A DNA stretch of 64,000 nucleotides, taken from a bacterium (GTDB lineage: Bacteria > Oederibacteriota > JAAXVQ01 > JAUVAV01). Below, in pieces: positions 37,001 to 49,099 of this stretch; the first letter of the stretch is position 1, and every line of letters begins with the position of its first letter. The stretch covers positions 22,948-86,947 of the forward strand of contig JAIORK010000036.1 of assembly GCA_021108215.1 (NCBI GenBank). The letters run 5' to 3'. The notes below the pieces were generated by a model. That model did not search any database. It was not told where the DNA came from and saw only the letters and a list, made by a program, of their open reading frames with translations. Position numbers and translations under genes: made by a program.

Positions 37001-37573
37001 CGCCCCTTGCACCGGAAGATTCTGATCCATGATTTCGAGATAAAAATTACCCTTCCCAAACAATTGCTGATAGTCTTCCGCCAATTGCCGGGCCAACGGC
37101 ATCTCGCCTTTTTGAAGACTCATTGGAATCTCACCATGCAGGCAGGCACTTAAACCGATCAGTCCCTCACTATGCTTGGCCAAAACTTCCTTGTCAATCC
37201 GCGGCCGGTAATAAAATCCCTGCAAAAACCCAATACTGGTTAATGCCACCAAATTTCGATACCCGGTAAAGTTTTTTGCCAGCAAGGTAAGATGGTAGGC
37301 TGCGTCTTTCATGCCATGATTGCTTTTTTTGTCCAGCCTGGAACCGCTGGCAATATAGGCTTCCATTCCGATGATGGGTTTAACACCATGCTTGAGGCAG
37401 GTATGATAAAACTCAATGGCACCATACATAACGCCGTGATCTGTCATGGCCAGAGCCGGCATGCGCAGCTCACGGGCACGTTTCACCAACGAATCAAGAC
37501 GGCAGGCACCGTCCAGCAGGGAATACTCGGTATGAACATGCAGGTGGACAAAATTTTTAAACGGCATCAGCAT
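34055..37573 (-). CDS. dnaE: DNA polymerase III alpha subunit
   Basis: N-terminal PHP domain HLHVHTEYSLLDG, polymerase core PDIDVDF, OB-fold C-terminus, 1172 aa. Confidence 0.95.
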   Translation of the reverse strand: MLMPFKNFVHLHVHTEYSLLDGACRLDSLVKRARELRMPALAMTDHGVMYGAIEFYHTCLKHGVKPIIGMEAYIASGSRLDKKSNHGMKDAAYHLTLLAKNFTGYRNLVALTSIGFLQGFYYRPRIDKEVLAKHSEGLIGLSACLHGEIPMSLQKGEMPLARQLAEDYQQLFGKGNFYLEIMDQNLPVQGAVNRGLIDLSREVGIPLVATNDVHYLRREDALAQEALLCLQTGTNLTDENRMRMSTQEFYLKSGDEMESLFHEIPEAAHHTTEIANHCNLEMPTGRIQLPNYPVPADVIAQLPQETEEEKTGTLDAYLGHLCQAGLQRCFGDPVPAVHERLDYELGVIRKMGYAAYFLIVWDFISYARTQGIPVGPGRGSVAGSLTAYLLGITDIDPMKYGLIFERFLNPERISMPDIDVDFSDTGRENVIRYVTQKYGQENVAQIITFGTMAARAAVRDVGRVLNLPYDKVDRIAKLIPQVPDITIDRAMEQVPELREKYQGDEPIRKLLDVARALEGQVRHASTHAAGVVISRDPLMDLVPLCRTKAGRGSIKDGTTDDATLTTQYAMESLERLGLLKMDFLGLRTLTIIEDTLEEVYWQTNEKLDIKQIPLEDEKTFELLSAGRTAGVFQLESSGMRDLLKRLKPRSLEEICALIALYRPGPMAIIDEYIMRKQGRVPIRYTHPLLEPILKETYGTIVYQEQVMQIAVVIGGFTYGQSDLLRRAMGKKNPEIIEQQRDRFVSGAHAKKIAPEVAEEIFDYMARFGEYGFNKSHSLAYALLAYQTAYLKANFPLAYMSALLSNEMGSTDKVSQYLMECRSMEIAILPPDVNASRDRFAVEKDAIRFGLAAIKNVGTGAAQVVHLEQEANDSFTSFEDFCNRVDVKTVNARAIESLIKAGAFDFTQQARNILLQNMPQMLSSAQKWQVEKDQGQVNMFEHLDDTISMEIKNIPAETEKERLANEKEVLGFYLSGHPLEEFQKLLETFRTTTTLKVDRLNEGQSLVVGGVVVGIRHSMTKRKEAMLRFSLDDGEGMVEVIVWPDLLGRHKTYLVKDAMLFVVGKLDRSGDESKVVATDIVPLSHAYSQLTKKLRLLITVTTGIDQLESLKSILLKHSGPVPVVLHLQTTHHGEVIESLPERFGVTVTLSLLEALTGLIDSSRIKIQGIHRGK

Positions 37574-37584
37574 AACTCATTGAT

Positions 37585-38025
37585 TTATTTTCCCATCACC
37601 TGGATCACCACACACCGGTTCCGGCTGCGGGTATCATGATCAATCAAGACCACTTGCTGCCAGGTTCCCAACATCATTTCCCGGCCCAGTACCGGAATGG
37701 TAAGTGACGGCCCAATCAGGGCGGCCCGGATATGCGATCCACCGTTACCATCCCCCCAGGTCTGATTATGCTCCCAGTTTTTTTGAAATGGAATCAAAGA
37801 CTCCAATACCTGCGGAATATCTTTAAGCAGACCGGGTTCATATTCAATTGTTGTGATTGAGGCGGTCGCACCCGGAGTAAACACAGTGGCGTGACCTTCC
37901 GCAACACCGCTTTTCCGGACAAGATCACGTACCGCTTCGGTCACATCAATAATATGATCTTTGCCGCGGGTCGGTACTGTGATTTCCTTGGTCATCACTT
38001 TCCAGTCAGTATCCGTCTTGGGCAT
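37585..38025 (-). CDS. yjbQ: YjbQ/UPF0047-family protein (secondary thiamine-phosphate synthase)
   Basis: HATVFTPGATASITTIEYEPGLLKD...NGGSHIRAALIGPS...LGTWQ signature. Confidence 0.8.
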   Translation of the reverse strand: MPKTDTDWKVMTKEITVPTRGKDHIIDVTEAVRDLVRKSGVAEGHATVFTPGATASITTIEYEPGLLKDIPQVLESLIPFQKNWEHNQTWGDGNGGSHIRAALIGPSLTIPVLGREMMLGTWQQVVLIDHDTRSRNRCVVIQVMGK

Positions 38026-38052
38026 TTTAAAACCTCATCACTATTTTAATTT

Positions 38053-38130
38053 CAGAACAGCAGAGCAGCTGATCAGCAGACCGCAGGTTCACTTTTTTGC
38101 TGTTCTGCTGTTCTACTGCTCACCTGCTCT
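38053..38130. repeat. dispersed CAGCAGAA/GCTGTTCT-motif element (inverted-repeat form)
   Basis: AGAACAGCAGAGCAGC (38054-38069) pairs 15/16 with GCTGTTCTGCTGTTCT (38099-38114). The inner GACCGCAGGTTCACTTTTTT...CTGCTCACCTGCTCT aligns with the tRNA-Glu spacer at 23786-23838. Confidence 0.65.
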
Positions 38131-38180
38131 ACGATTGAATGGGAATAATTGTTTTTGGACAATTATTCCCATTCAATCGT
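38131..38180 (-). terminator. 22-bp perfect hairpin embedding the guaA stop codon
   Basis: ACGATTGAATGGGAATAATTGT-TTTTGG-ACAATTATTCCCATTCAATCGT. The right arm is the last 6 guaA codons (5 sense codons plus the stop). Confidence 0.6.
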
Positions 38181-39710
38181 TGCAGGCGGCTTGGAGGAGA
38201 TGTCCAGCACCACTCGGTTGACACCTTTGACCTCATTGATGATCCGGTTGGAAATTTTACCCAGAACCTCCTGGGGCAGATATGCCCAGTCCGCTGTCAT
38301 GGCATCCACACTGGTCACCGTACGAATGGCAACGACATTTTCATAGGTCCGCTCATCCCCCATAACCCCGACCGACTTAACCGGCAATAAAACAGCAAAT
38401 GCCTGCCAGAGATTGCGATAATTGCCGCTGGTTTTTATTTCCTCAATCAAAATCGCATCCGCTTTGCGCAAAACCTCCAGACGTTCACGCGTCACCTCTC
38501 CGATAATCCTAATTGCCAAACCGGGCCCGGGGAAAGGATGACGCCAAACCATGTCCTCCGGCAATCCCATTTCCAATCCCACACGCCGCACCTCATCTTT
38601 AAACAACTCACGCAGCGGTTCAACCAGCTCAAAACGCATGTCATCGGGAAGTCCGCCGACATTGTGATGAGATTTAATGGTGGCGGAAGGACCTTTGACC
38701 GAGACGCTCTCGATCACATCCGGATAGATCGTCCCCTGGGCCAAAAATTCAAAATGCCCCAATGCTTTGGATTCCTTATCAAATACCTCAATAAACTTTT
38801 TTCCGATACGTTTTCTTTTCTCTTCGGGATCTGTGATGCCCGAAAGATCATCTAAAAAATCGTCTGTGGCATCCACCAGATCAAAACGGATATCATAATT
38901 TTTTTTAAAAATACTCAAAACCAGTTCCGCTTCACCTGTCCGGAGAACCCCATTGTCAATCAACATACACGTCAATTGGTCCCCGATTGCTTTATGCAGC
39001 AAAACCGCAGCTACCGCGGAATCAACCCCGCCGGACAAACCGCAAAGTACTTTACCCTTGCCAACTTGTTTACGAATTCGCGCCACGGTCTCCTCTACAA
39101 ACGAGGCCGGTGTCCAGGTCCCGGAACAGCCGCAAACCGTATACAAATAATTTTTTAGAATGGTCATGCCCTCGCTGGTATGCTCAACCTCAGGATGAAA
39201 CTGAATACCAAAAATCCTTCGCCGGGCATCGGCGATCCCCGCCATCGGCGCATTATCTGTTCCGGCCACAATCTCAAACCCTTGCGGCAAAGCTGCCAGA
39301 CGGTCACCGTGGCTCATCCATACCTGGGTGGTTTCCTGAACACCGGCAAACAGGTCACAACCTGCGGAGATCTGTAACTTGGCAAATCCATATTCCCGGT
39401 CCTGTGATGGTTCCACTTTCCCACCCAACAGGTGACTGATTAATTGCATCCCGTAACAGATCCCCAAAATGGGCAGCCCCAATTCAAATAGTCCGCGATC
39501 CACCAGCGGCGCCCCCTCGGCATAAACTGAGGAAGGTCCCCCTGATAAAATAATACCTTTGGGATGCATATCTTTTACCTTCTCCAATGGAATATTATAG
39601 GGGTGAATTTCGCAATAAATATTTAATTCCCGGATACGCCGTGCAATCAGTTGGGTATATTGAGATCCAAAATCCAAAACAAGAATAAATTCTTCATGTG
39701 CAGTGGTCAC
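38163..39710 (-). CDS. guaA: GMP synthase (glutamine-hydrolysing)
   Basis: GATase domain (GICYGMQL) and PP-loop SGGVDS, C-terminal PPATIEWE. Confidence 0.95.
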   Translation of the reverse strand: MTTAHEEFILVLDFGSQYTQLIARRIRELNIYCEIHPYNIPLEKVKDMHPKGIILSGGPSSVYAEGAPLVDRGLFELGLPILGICYGMQLISHLLGGKVEPSQDREYGFAKLQISAGCDLFAGVQETTQVWMSHGDRLAALPQGFEIVAGTDNAPMAGIADARRRIFGIQFHPEVEHTSEGMTILKNYLYTVCGCSGTWTPASFVEETVARIRKQVGKGKVLCGLSGGVDSAVAAVLLHKAIGDQLTCMLIDNGVLRTGEAELVLSIFKKNYDIRFDLVDATDDFLDDLSGITDPEEKRKRIGKKFIEVFDKESKALGHFEFLAQGTIYPDVIESVSVKGPSATIKSHHNVGGLPDDMRFELVEPLRELFKDEVRRVGLEMGLPEDMVWRHPFPGPGLAIRIIGEVTRERLEVLRKADAILIEEIKTSGNYRNLWQAFAVLLPVKSVGVMGDERTYENVVAIRTVTSVDAMTADWAYLPQEVLGKISNRIINEVKGVNRVVLDISSKPPATIEWE

Positions 39711-39778
39711 GTGCCTTCTCCTTCACTATTTAAGATGACCCGATGAATACCTCCCGTATTCACTGGACACAATGCAAC

Positions 39779-39821
39779 GGGCGAATACATGGATTCGCCC
39801 CTACAATGCACAATACGATCG
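39779..39821. repeat. REP-like hairpin plus CTACAA tail
   Basis: GGGCGAAT-ACATGG-ATTCGCCC followed by CTACAATGCACAATACGATCG. Confidence 0.55.
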
Positions 39822-39836
39822 CCTGATAAAACCAAT

Positions 39837-39861
39837 AAGGGCGACCCTTTGGGTCGCCCTT
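39837..39861 (-). terminator. hairpin terminator downstream of guaB
   Basis: AAGGGCGACCC-TTT-GGGTCGCCCTT, 11-bp perfect stem. Confidence 0.6.
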
Positions 39862-39901
39862 ATATGCTGCTACAGTCCAACCGACCGACCCGATAAAACA
39901 A

Positions 39902-41389
<1,488 letters not shown>

Positions 41390-41437
41390 TCATCCCGGCT
41401 GCATTAAACCGCTACTGCGGGAACAATTGAATTTGTG

Positions 41438-41466
41438 ATGTTATCAGATGGGTTCAAAAAAGTCAA
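41438..41466 (-). promoter_or_regulatory. possible sigma70 promoter of guaB
   Basis: Minus strand TTGACT-N17-TAACAT. Confidence 0.35.
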
Positions 41467-41722
41467 GTAGCAGAAAAACACTATTTTCAAAAGATTTTCA
41501 ACAGCCACAAGAAGGTGTTTCCTTAGAAAAACGCGGTTTTTATCTATCTTCCGATTGAAATCTTCATCTGAAGTCTGGCAGTATATCTGTTTTTTTCCTT
41601 TGGAGGCGAAATAACCGGATGTGATTACGCCTTACTTTTTAGCAAACAATTTACGATTGATCTGATATGGCGTTTCGTATGAATCAACCAAAGCTACTGC
41701 CAGGCCAATTTCATATTCACAC

Positions 41723-41782
41723 AAAAAAAGAGGGACAAAGCATCTTGTCCGGCGCATGCCGGATGCTTTGTCCCCTTTTTTT
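41723..41782. terminator. bidirectional rho-independent terminator
   Basis: AAAAAAAGAGGGACAAAGCATC ... GATGCTTTGTCCCCTTTTTTT with an inner CCGGCGCATGCCGG palindrome. Confidence 0.6.
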
Positions 41783-41872
41783 ATAGTACGGATTGAAACC
41801 GCACTTATATCTATTTATTATTTATTGATTATTTTCAACTGCTTAGAAACAAAGGATCGAACTCCTTTGTTT

Positions 41873-43549
<1,677 letters not shown>

Positions 43550-43576
43550 TTAATTTTCAGTCGTGCGTCACTGTAA

Positions 43577-43867
43577 TCAGCCTTCCAAAATTCCGTAAAT
43601 ATCATCCTCGTTCATAATCATATACTCTGCATCATCCAGCTTTACTTCATTGCCGGCATACTTGCCATACAGGACTTTGTCCCCGGTTTTAACATTCATC
43701 GCAACTTTCTGGCCCTTGTCATCCGTCTTACCCGGTCCAACAGCGATGACCTCTCCGACCAAAGGTTTTTCCTTGGCTGTATCAGGAATAATGATCCCCC
43801 CACGCTTCTCCTCTTTTTCTTCATTCGGCTTCACAAGGACACGGTCACCCAGTGGTTTGAATTTCAT
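43577..43867 (-). CDS. groS: co-chaperonin GroES
   Basis: MKFKPLGDRVLVKP...GIIIPDTAKEKP. Start at the internal ATG, preceded by AAGGGGGAA. Confidence 0.95.
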   Translation of the reverse strand: MKFKPLGDRVLVKPNEEKEEKRGGIIIPDTAKEKPLVGEVIAVGPGKTDDKGQKVAMNVKTGDKVLYGKYAGNEVKLDDAEYMIMNEDDIYGILEG

Positions 43868-43922
43868 ACGTGATTCCCCCTTCATTCATGTTGATATATT
43901 GAAAAACAGGTTTCCAATAGAA

Positions 43923-43949
43923 TTAGCAGTCTCCGCCAGAGACTGCTAA
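43923..43949. promoter_or_regulatory. CIRCE (HrcA operator) variant
   Basis: TTAGCAGTC-N9-GACTGCTAA, versus consensus TTAGCACTC-N9-GAGTGCTAA, between promoter and groES. Confidence 0.85.
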
Positions 43950-43961
43950 TTCCGAGAGACA

Positions 43962-43989
43962 ACTATACGCATTCTTAAAAAATTGTCAA
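43962..43989 (-). promoter_or_regulatory. sigma70 promoter of groES-groEL
   Basis: Minus strand TTGACA-N16-TATAGT just upstream of CIRCE. Confidence 0.65.
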
Positions 43990-44127
43990 TTTTTTTTTCG
44001 GATTTTTGTACATTCTTATCTAAATTAAAAAAACGGCAGCTAACCGGATCGTCTTAAATCCGAAATAATTTGCCTGCCTTTTCAGCAAATTTTGAGAAGT
44101 CGAGCTGAAATAGAGCAGGCATCCGAC

Positions 44128-44172
44128 ACCCGGCATTCGCCGGGCAAGTCCGCCGGACACGGTACGCAGGGC
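44128..44172 (+). repeat. REP-like element, ACCCGGCATTCGCCGGGCAAGTCCGCCGG...ACGCAGGGCG (copy 3)
   Basis: Shares modules with 5183-5203 and, inverted, with 7781-7840. Confidence 0.6.
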
Positions 44173-44239
44173 GAAAAAATATTTCTTAACCGAGTTTAAC
44201 TGTCTTTGGCTGGATTCTGGTTATTCACACGATTTATTT

Positions 44240-44989
44240 TTAGGCAGGCATATGCGTCTTTAAAAAATCAACAATCCACTGGGCAACTTGCTCAAATTCA
44301 TTGTCCAATGTCAATACGTGAAAGGAATTTTTCAGACGGTGCATCTCCTTGATTTCCGAACCAACATGCTCGATAAAATAATCCAAACACCGGGGCGAAA
44401 TGGTATGATCAATTTCCGACTGAATACCCAACACCGGCATTTTTAAGCTTGGCAGATCTTTTTGTGCCATTTTTCCCAAGTACAACATATCTTCTACATT
44501 TTTCAGATGAAAACGCGGGTAACTTTTTTCCTGATACCGCGTCCCTTTCACATCATTCCCAATGGACTTTTTCCAGGGCATGATATATTTAAGAATTGGT
44601 AAAAAAAACGTACGCCAATCATCCAGAAACAAAGCCGGTGCCAAAGCGACAAAGACAGGTACCGGCCGGTTGGCCGCTATCTGGATACCCAATGCACCGC
44701 CCATGGAAAAACCGATAATTGCAGGATTTTTATATTTTTCAGCCAACTGATCATAGGCGGCAAATGAGGCCTTACGCCAATCTGCATGAGAATGCGCGGC
44801 CATATCCTCCGGCGTGGTGCCGTGCCCGGGCAAAAGCGGCATCGAAACCGTAAAACCCGCATCTGCCAAAATTCCGCCCATCGGCCGCAGTGCCTGCGTG
44901 GTGCTGGTAAATCCATGAAGAAACAAGACCGCCTGAGGGCCGCGTTCCAGTAAAACAGATTCACCGCCGAGATATTCGGATGACGTCAT
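44240..44989 (-). CDS. alpha/beta hydrolase (carboxylesterase/lysophospholipase-like)
   Basis: Nucleophile elbow GFSMGG, HGF oxyanion region, C-terminal His (SFHVL). Confidence 0.8.
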   Translation of the reverse strand: MTSSEYLGGESVLLERGPQAVLFLHGFTSTTQALRPMGGILADAGFTVSMPLLPGHGTTPEDMAAHSHADWRKASFAAYDQLAEKYKNPAIIGFSMGGALGIQIAANRPVPVFVALAPALFLDDWRTFFLPILKYIMPWKKSIGNDVKGTRYQEKSYPRFHLKNVEDMLYLGKMAQKDLPSLKMPVLGIQSEIDHTISPRCLDYFIEHVGSEIKEMHRLKNSFHVLTLDNEFEQVAQWIVDFLKTHMPA

Positions 44990-44991
44990 GG

Positions 44992-45885
44992 CTATTTATC
45001 CTTTTTCTTAATTGTCCGGATAAGTTCCATCAATGTATTCATACTGGTTTTGCTAAACGCCCCACGGTCATAATAGGCCAACTGCCGGTTTTGCGCATCC
45101 TGGATACGCATCCCCGCAAAATCATCAAATTCATAGCGCCGCACCACCTGGCTGGCAGTCGTGAAAATTAATTTTTTAAAATCCTCTTTCACTGCCGCCG
45201 GCACATCAAATGACTTGAAGGGTTCCGCGTCCGGTAAAAAATGGAGTGTCAGTATGAACAAACCGTCACCTGGTTTGTCTTTTTTATCAAAGATTCCCTG
45301 TACACCGGAAATACTAAAAAGCCGCTCGCTGATAAAACTCATCTGAAACTTCAGCCTTACACGCTCGGCAATTTGTGCCGCTAAAAAATCCGGCACAGAA
45401 TAATCTTTAAGCTTGTGAATACCCCGGCTGTTTTTCGGCACCGGCGCTTGCGCGGAAACCTCGATAAGCAATCTTTGAAAATAATCACTACGGGAAATAT
45501 CGTCCATAATCAGGCGCCGAATATCTTTGATATACCGGACAAAAGACACCTCGACACCCGTATCCGCATCACGCAAAGAGATCACAAAAAAATCAAAAAC
45601 AAATTCAGAAGAGAGTGTGACCCGGGAGGTGGTCAGCATGACATTTTCAATCTTGTTTAAAGCCTGGTCGGAAAAAGTCAGGTCAGAGAGCAGCGTGTCC
45701 GGCATGACAATCAAAGCACCCACGGTTTTGTTCCGGGTCGCTACCGTGACATCCACACCGTACTCTTTCTCGCAGATTTGTTTGATCGTCTCTTCTACCG
45801 AACCCGTAGGGTAGGAGGCACGGCATCCGGCCATCACCGGAATCACCAAACCAAGTAAAATGACAAGCTTCGAAATACGCTTCAA
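44992..45885 (-). CDS. hypothetical lipoprotein
   Basis: Lipobox VMAGC after a hydrophobic signal. 4-nt overlap with the upstream ftsH-like gene. Confidence 0.65.
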   Translation of the reverse strand: MKRISKLVILLGLVIPVMAGCRASYPTGSVEETIKQICEKEYGVDVTVATRNKTVGALIVMPDTLLSDLTFSDQALNKIENVMLTTSRVTLSSEFVFDFFVISLRDADTGVEVSFVRYIKDIRRLIMDDISRSDYFQRLLIEVSAQAPVPKNSRGIHKLKDYSVPDFLAAQIAERVRLKFQMSFISERLFSISGVQGIFDKKDKPGDGLFILTLHFLPDAEPFKSFDVPAAVKEDFKKLIFTTASQVVRRYEFDDFAGMRIQDAQNRQLAYYDRGAFSKTSMNTLMELIRTIKKKDK

Positions 45886-47609
45886 TTTTTTTGTTTCCCG
45901 GTTTTCGCCTTTTTAGCGGCCGCGGTCTTTGCAGCACTCTTTCCGCCACCCTTGGAACCTGATTTATCCGCAACTGTAACTGCCGTGGTTTCCAAAAATT
46001 CTTTGACAGAATGTTTCAGTCCATACTGATCAAAAATTGCATCAATTTCGTCGTAATCCAGTTCTTCGCGCTCTAACAATTCTCTAACAAAGTGATCTAC
46101 AATCTTCCAATTTTTCTTAAGTACCCGAACCGTATCATCATAACATTCCTTCATAATTTTCTCAGTCTCTGCATTCAGCCGTTCCTTGAGTGACTCAGAA
46201 ATCTGTGCCTCAGGCAAAATGGCAAAGTCACCCAAAAAGCCATTGCTGCCCATACCCACCCGCCAGACCATACTATGCGCCATGCCCATGGCATGCTGGA
46301 AATCGCTGGAAACACCGGTAGACGTAACACCAAAGCGGAGTTTCTCCGATACATACCCTGCCAAAGAAACCTTAATATTTGCCATGAGGGTATTCCGATC
46401 CATGGTATACAGCTCTTCGCGCGGCGAATGATGCACCACACCCAGAGCGCCGCCACGGGATATAATTGAGGCCTTGAACACATCATCTGTGGGATGCAGC
46501 AAATACAGGGTTACCAGATGCCCGGACTCGTGATAAGCCACCATCTCCCGCTCATGCGGAGTCATGGTTTTGCGGTGTTCAATCCCAAGTTCAATCCGTT
46601 CAATCGCCTTGGTCATATCCGCATACTCAACTTGGTCACCTCCGCGGCGCATGGCGATCAGGGCGGATTCCTTAATAACATTTTCAATTTCCGCCGGACT
46701 CTTGCCCACGGATTTACGGGCCAGACGGCCTATGTCCAAATCCGGATCATGCTGGATCTTGGACATATAAAATTTAAATAATTCTTCGCGCTCAACCAAA
46801 TTGGGTTTATCAATATAGAGCTTGCGATCAAAACGACCGGGACGCATAAGCGCCTGATCCAGCACATCTTCACTTGCATTGGTCGCGCCAATCACAATAA
46901 CGTTCTCGCGCTTGGATCCCAAGCCGTCCATCTCCACTAAGAGTTGGTTCTGCGTACTGTTGGTCTCCTCGCCGCCGCCAAATTTTGTAAAAGTTCTGCC
47001 GCGCCCAATTACCTCAATTTCATCGATAAAAACAATACACGTTCCTTCCGCATAGGCCAGCTGGCGCGCCTGTTTAAAAAGTTTCCGTACACGCGATGCA
47101 CCCACACCCACAAACACCTCGGTAAATTCGGAACCTGCCACAGACAGAAACGGCACCTTGGCCTCAGTTGCGATTGCCTTGGCCAGCATGGTCTTGCCGC
47201 AGCCCGGCGGACCGACCATCACCACGCCGCGCAGAATTTTGCCGCCAATGGCTTTGAGTTTTGCCCGGTCCGAGATGAGCTGTACAACTTCCCAGGCTTC
47301 CCGTTTGGCCTGCTCCAACCCGATAATATCGGCAAATGTAATATTTACATAGGATGATTTGACTTTCTGTTTTTTCATCTGGGAAAAACCGCCGCGGAAT
47401 ACGGTCATATACAGATATACAAAAATCACCGCATTAAGTGCTGCCATTAAAAGCTGAAGCGGCAGGGTGGCCAGAGTCAAATTCAAATAAAACGATTCCA
47501 ACGACGCCAGTCCGATCACGGTAAAAACCAGCAAAAGGATGACCGCTGTGATGATCAACATCCGCACCCAGTAATTCATCAACCATACTTTAACTCTACG
47601 GTACCACAT
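45882..47609 (-). CDS. ftsH: FtsH-family AAA+ zinc metalloprotease (short extracytoplasmic loop)
   Basis: Two N-terminal TM helices with almost no loop. Walker [12 protein letters not shown] region, HESGH zinc motif, Lys/Ala-rich tail. Confidence 0.85.
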   Translation of the reverse strand: MWYRRVKVWLMNYWVRMLIITAVILLLVFTVIGLASLESFYLNLTLATLPLQLLMAALNAVIFVYLYMTVFRGGFSQMKKQKVKSSYVNITFADIIGLEQAKREAWEVVQLISDRAKLKAIGGKILRGVVMVGPPGCGKTMLAKAIATEAKVPFLSVAGSEFTEVFVGVGASRVRKLFKQARQLAYAEGTCIVFIDEIEVIGRGRTFTKFGGGEETNSTQNQLLVEMDGLGSKRENVIVIGATNASEDVLDQALMRPGRFDRKLYIDKPNLVEREELFKFYMSKIQHDPDLDIGRLARKSVGKSPAEIENVIKESALIAMRRGGDQVEYADMTKAIERIELGIEHRKTMTPHEREMVAYHESGHLVTLYLLHPTDDVFKASIISRGGALGVVHHSPREELYTMDRNTLMANIKVSLAGYVSEKLRFGVTSTGVSSDFQHAMGMAHSMVWRVGMGSNGFLGDFAILPEAQISESLKERLNAETEKIMKECYDDTVRVLKKNWKIVDHFVRELLEREELDYDEIDAIFDQYGLKHSVKEFLETTAVTVADKSGSKGGGKSAAKTAAAKKAKTGKQKN

Positions 47610-47725
47610 AAAAATTAACTCCCTTTTTTAGACCCTCTGAAACTTCGGGGTAAAAATAGCATCACGCCCTGCTCACGGCTGCGTAAATAACTGCTTCATC
47701 TGTCATGCTCCGGAAACGAACTGGA

Positions 47726-48004
47726 TTATCCTTCAACCTTATGGGTCAGGACAACAATCTTGATCGCGCTTTTCCGTTCCCCGTCCAATTCGAGATGCAT
47801 GAATTCCGGACGAAAGGTCAATTCAATTTTATCATCCGTAAGGTAAGACCGGGAAATGGTAATCGCTTTTACTGCCTGATTCACACTTTGAGGACCCATC
47901 GCAACAACTTCAATATCCTTGCCTTCGCGGATATTATTAGCAATCGCACCAGCTACAGTGGCAGGGTTGCTTTTCCCGGCAACTTTGAGAGTGAGCATTG
48001 GCAT
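47726..48004 (-). CDS. spoVS: SpoVS-family protein
   Basis: LKVAGKSNPATVAGAIANNIREGKDIEVVAMGPQSVNQAVKAITISR closely matches the SpoVS pattern. Confidence 0.85.
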   Translation of the reverse strand: MPMLTLKVAGKSNPATVAGAIANNIREGKDIEVVAMGPQSVNQAVKAITISRSYLTDDKIELTFRPEFMHLELDGERKSAIKIVVLTHKVEG

Positions 48005-48086
48005 AGTCGTAAGTCTCCTTTTGCGACGTTATTGAACCGGGACCTAACCGGCGCAACCCTAAATAGGGGCTGATTATTATTTTTAA

Positions 48087-48115
48087 AGTATAGCATATTC
48101 ATGCCTGTATTTCAA
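48087..48115 (-). promoter_or_regulatory. sigma70 promoter of spoVS
   Basis: Minus strand TTGAAA-N17-TATACT. Confidence 0.55.
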
Positions 48116-48194
48116 TTTGACTTCTTTTATTGACGCTGGACTTTTCTGCCCGGAAAACCGGTGCCTGGCACCAAATCCCCGAAGCTTTTATGAA

Positions 48195-48740
48195 TTACTT
48201 TTCTATTTGTACTATATATGGTGGGTCAAGTTTTAAGAGTGCATATGTTTTACGAAGAGTTTTTTCTCCTCCAGATCGAATCAGATATTCACCTCGCGTC
48301 GGGATTGTGTCCTTTCTCCAAGATCCATTTTTATAAAGCCATTCCACCTTGATTCCTTTCAGTTCTTGCAAAACAGGATGTATCACCTCAACAACTTTAA
48401 ACGCTGTTGCCCGTTTTTTTTTGCCAAAAGGGTGAGGGATTTCTACTGTTGATGGGATTGATTGCCATTCCTGATCATCAACACTCTTGTATTGAGTTGC
48501 CTTTGCTTGGACACCTCCGGGATCTTTTGCTTCCGGACTATCTGAACAGAAAGCATAGATGGGTTGGGGTTGTGGATTCGCATTAATGTAGTTAATCCAC
48601 TGTCTAATAAATTCTTCTTTTCTATCTTGAAACGACCATAGCGTCCATTCGTTTGCTTCAATTTCCTTTTCTTTACGCCGAAGAATGTCCTCACGGGTTT
48701 CTCCAGCGTGAACTCCTAAACAGTGCCAAAATCCTAGCAT
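48195..48740 (-). CDS. hypothetical protein (third gene of the TA cassette)
   Basis: 181-aa ORF. Its ATG overlaps the toxin stop (ATGCTAG). No recognisable motif. Confidence 0.6.
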   Translation of the reverse strand: MLGFWHCLGVHAGETREDILRRKEKEIEANEWTLWSFQDRKEEFIRQWINYINANPQPQPIYAFCSDSPEAKDPGGVQAKATQYKSVDDQEWQSIPSTVEIPHPFGKKKRATAFKVVEVIHPVLQELKGIKVEWLYKNGSWRKDTIPTRGEYLIRSGGEKTLRKTYALLKLDPPYIVQIEK

Positions 48741-49099
48741 ATTTTCCCAATCCTCCCCCGATCCTCTTTCTCCTTATCCCCTTTAAAATAAATTTCTATC
48801 AACGCCACTTTATTTTCCGCCGCATAATACGCATAGATCACCCTGATCCCGGAATTCGCGCCCCTGCCTTTCAGAGCCTTGCAGGCGAATTTGCGGGCTT
48901 TGTAGATTTTCGGATTTTCAATGCCTAAATCAGGAATGGATACGATGCCCTGGTTATCCTTATCCAGCTTATGATAGAGCTGAAGCTGAACTTTGATAAA
49001 TACATCCAAATCATCTTCCGGGGTTTTGAATCGTTTCCTCAGCTTTTTTAAATCCTTCTCAAATTCCGGCCAGCGTCTGACCTCACTGAATATTTTCAT
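48734..49099 (-). CDS. RelE/ParE-superfamily toxin
   Basis: KIYKARKFACKALKGRGANSGIRVIYAYYAAENKVALIEIYFKGDKE is typical of RelE/StbE-type toxins. 17-nt overlap with the upstream antitoxin gene. Confidence 0.7.
   Translation of the reverse strand: MKIFSEVRRWPEFEKDLKKLRKRFKTPEDDLDVFIKVQLQLYHKLDKDNQGIVSIPDLGIENPKIYKARKFACKALKGRGANSGIRVIYAYYAAENKVALIEIYFKGDKEKEDRGRIGKIC

Noticed and set aside
41651-41775. A small plus-strand ORF (MAFRMNQPKLLPGQFHIHTKKEGQSILSGACRMLCPLFL) between guaB and groEL.
   Set aside because: It has no RBS, and its 3' half is the bidirectional terminator hairpin. It is considered non-coding.
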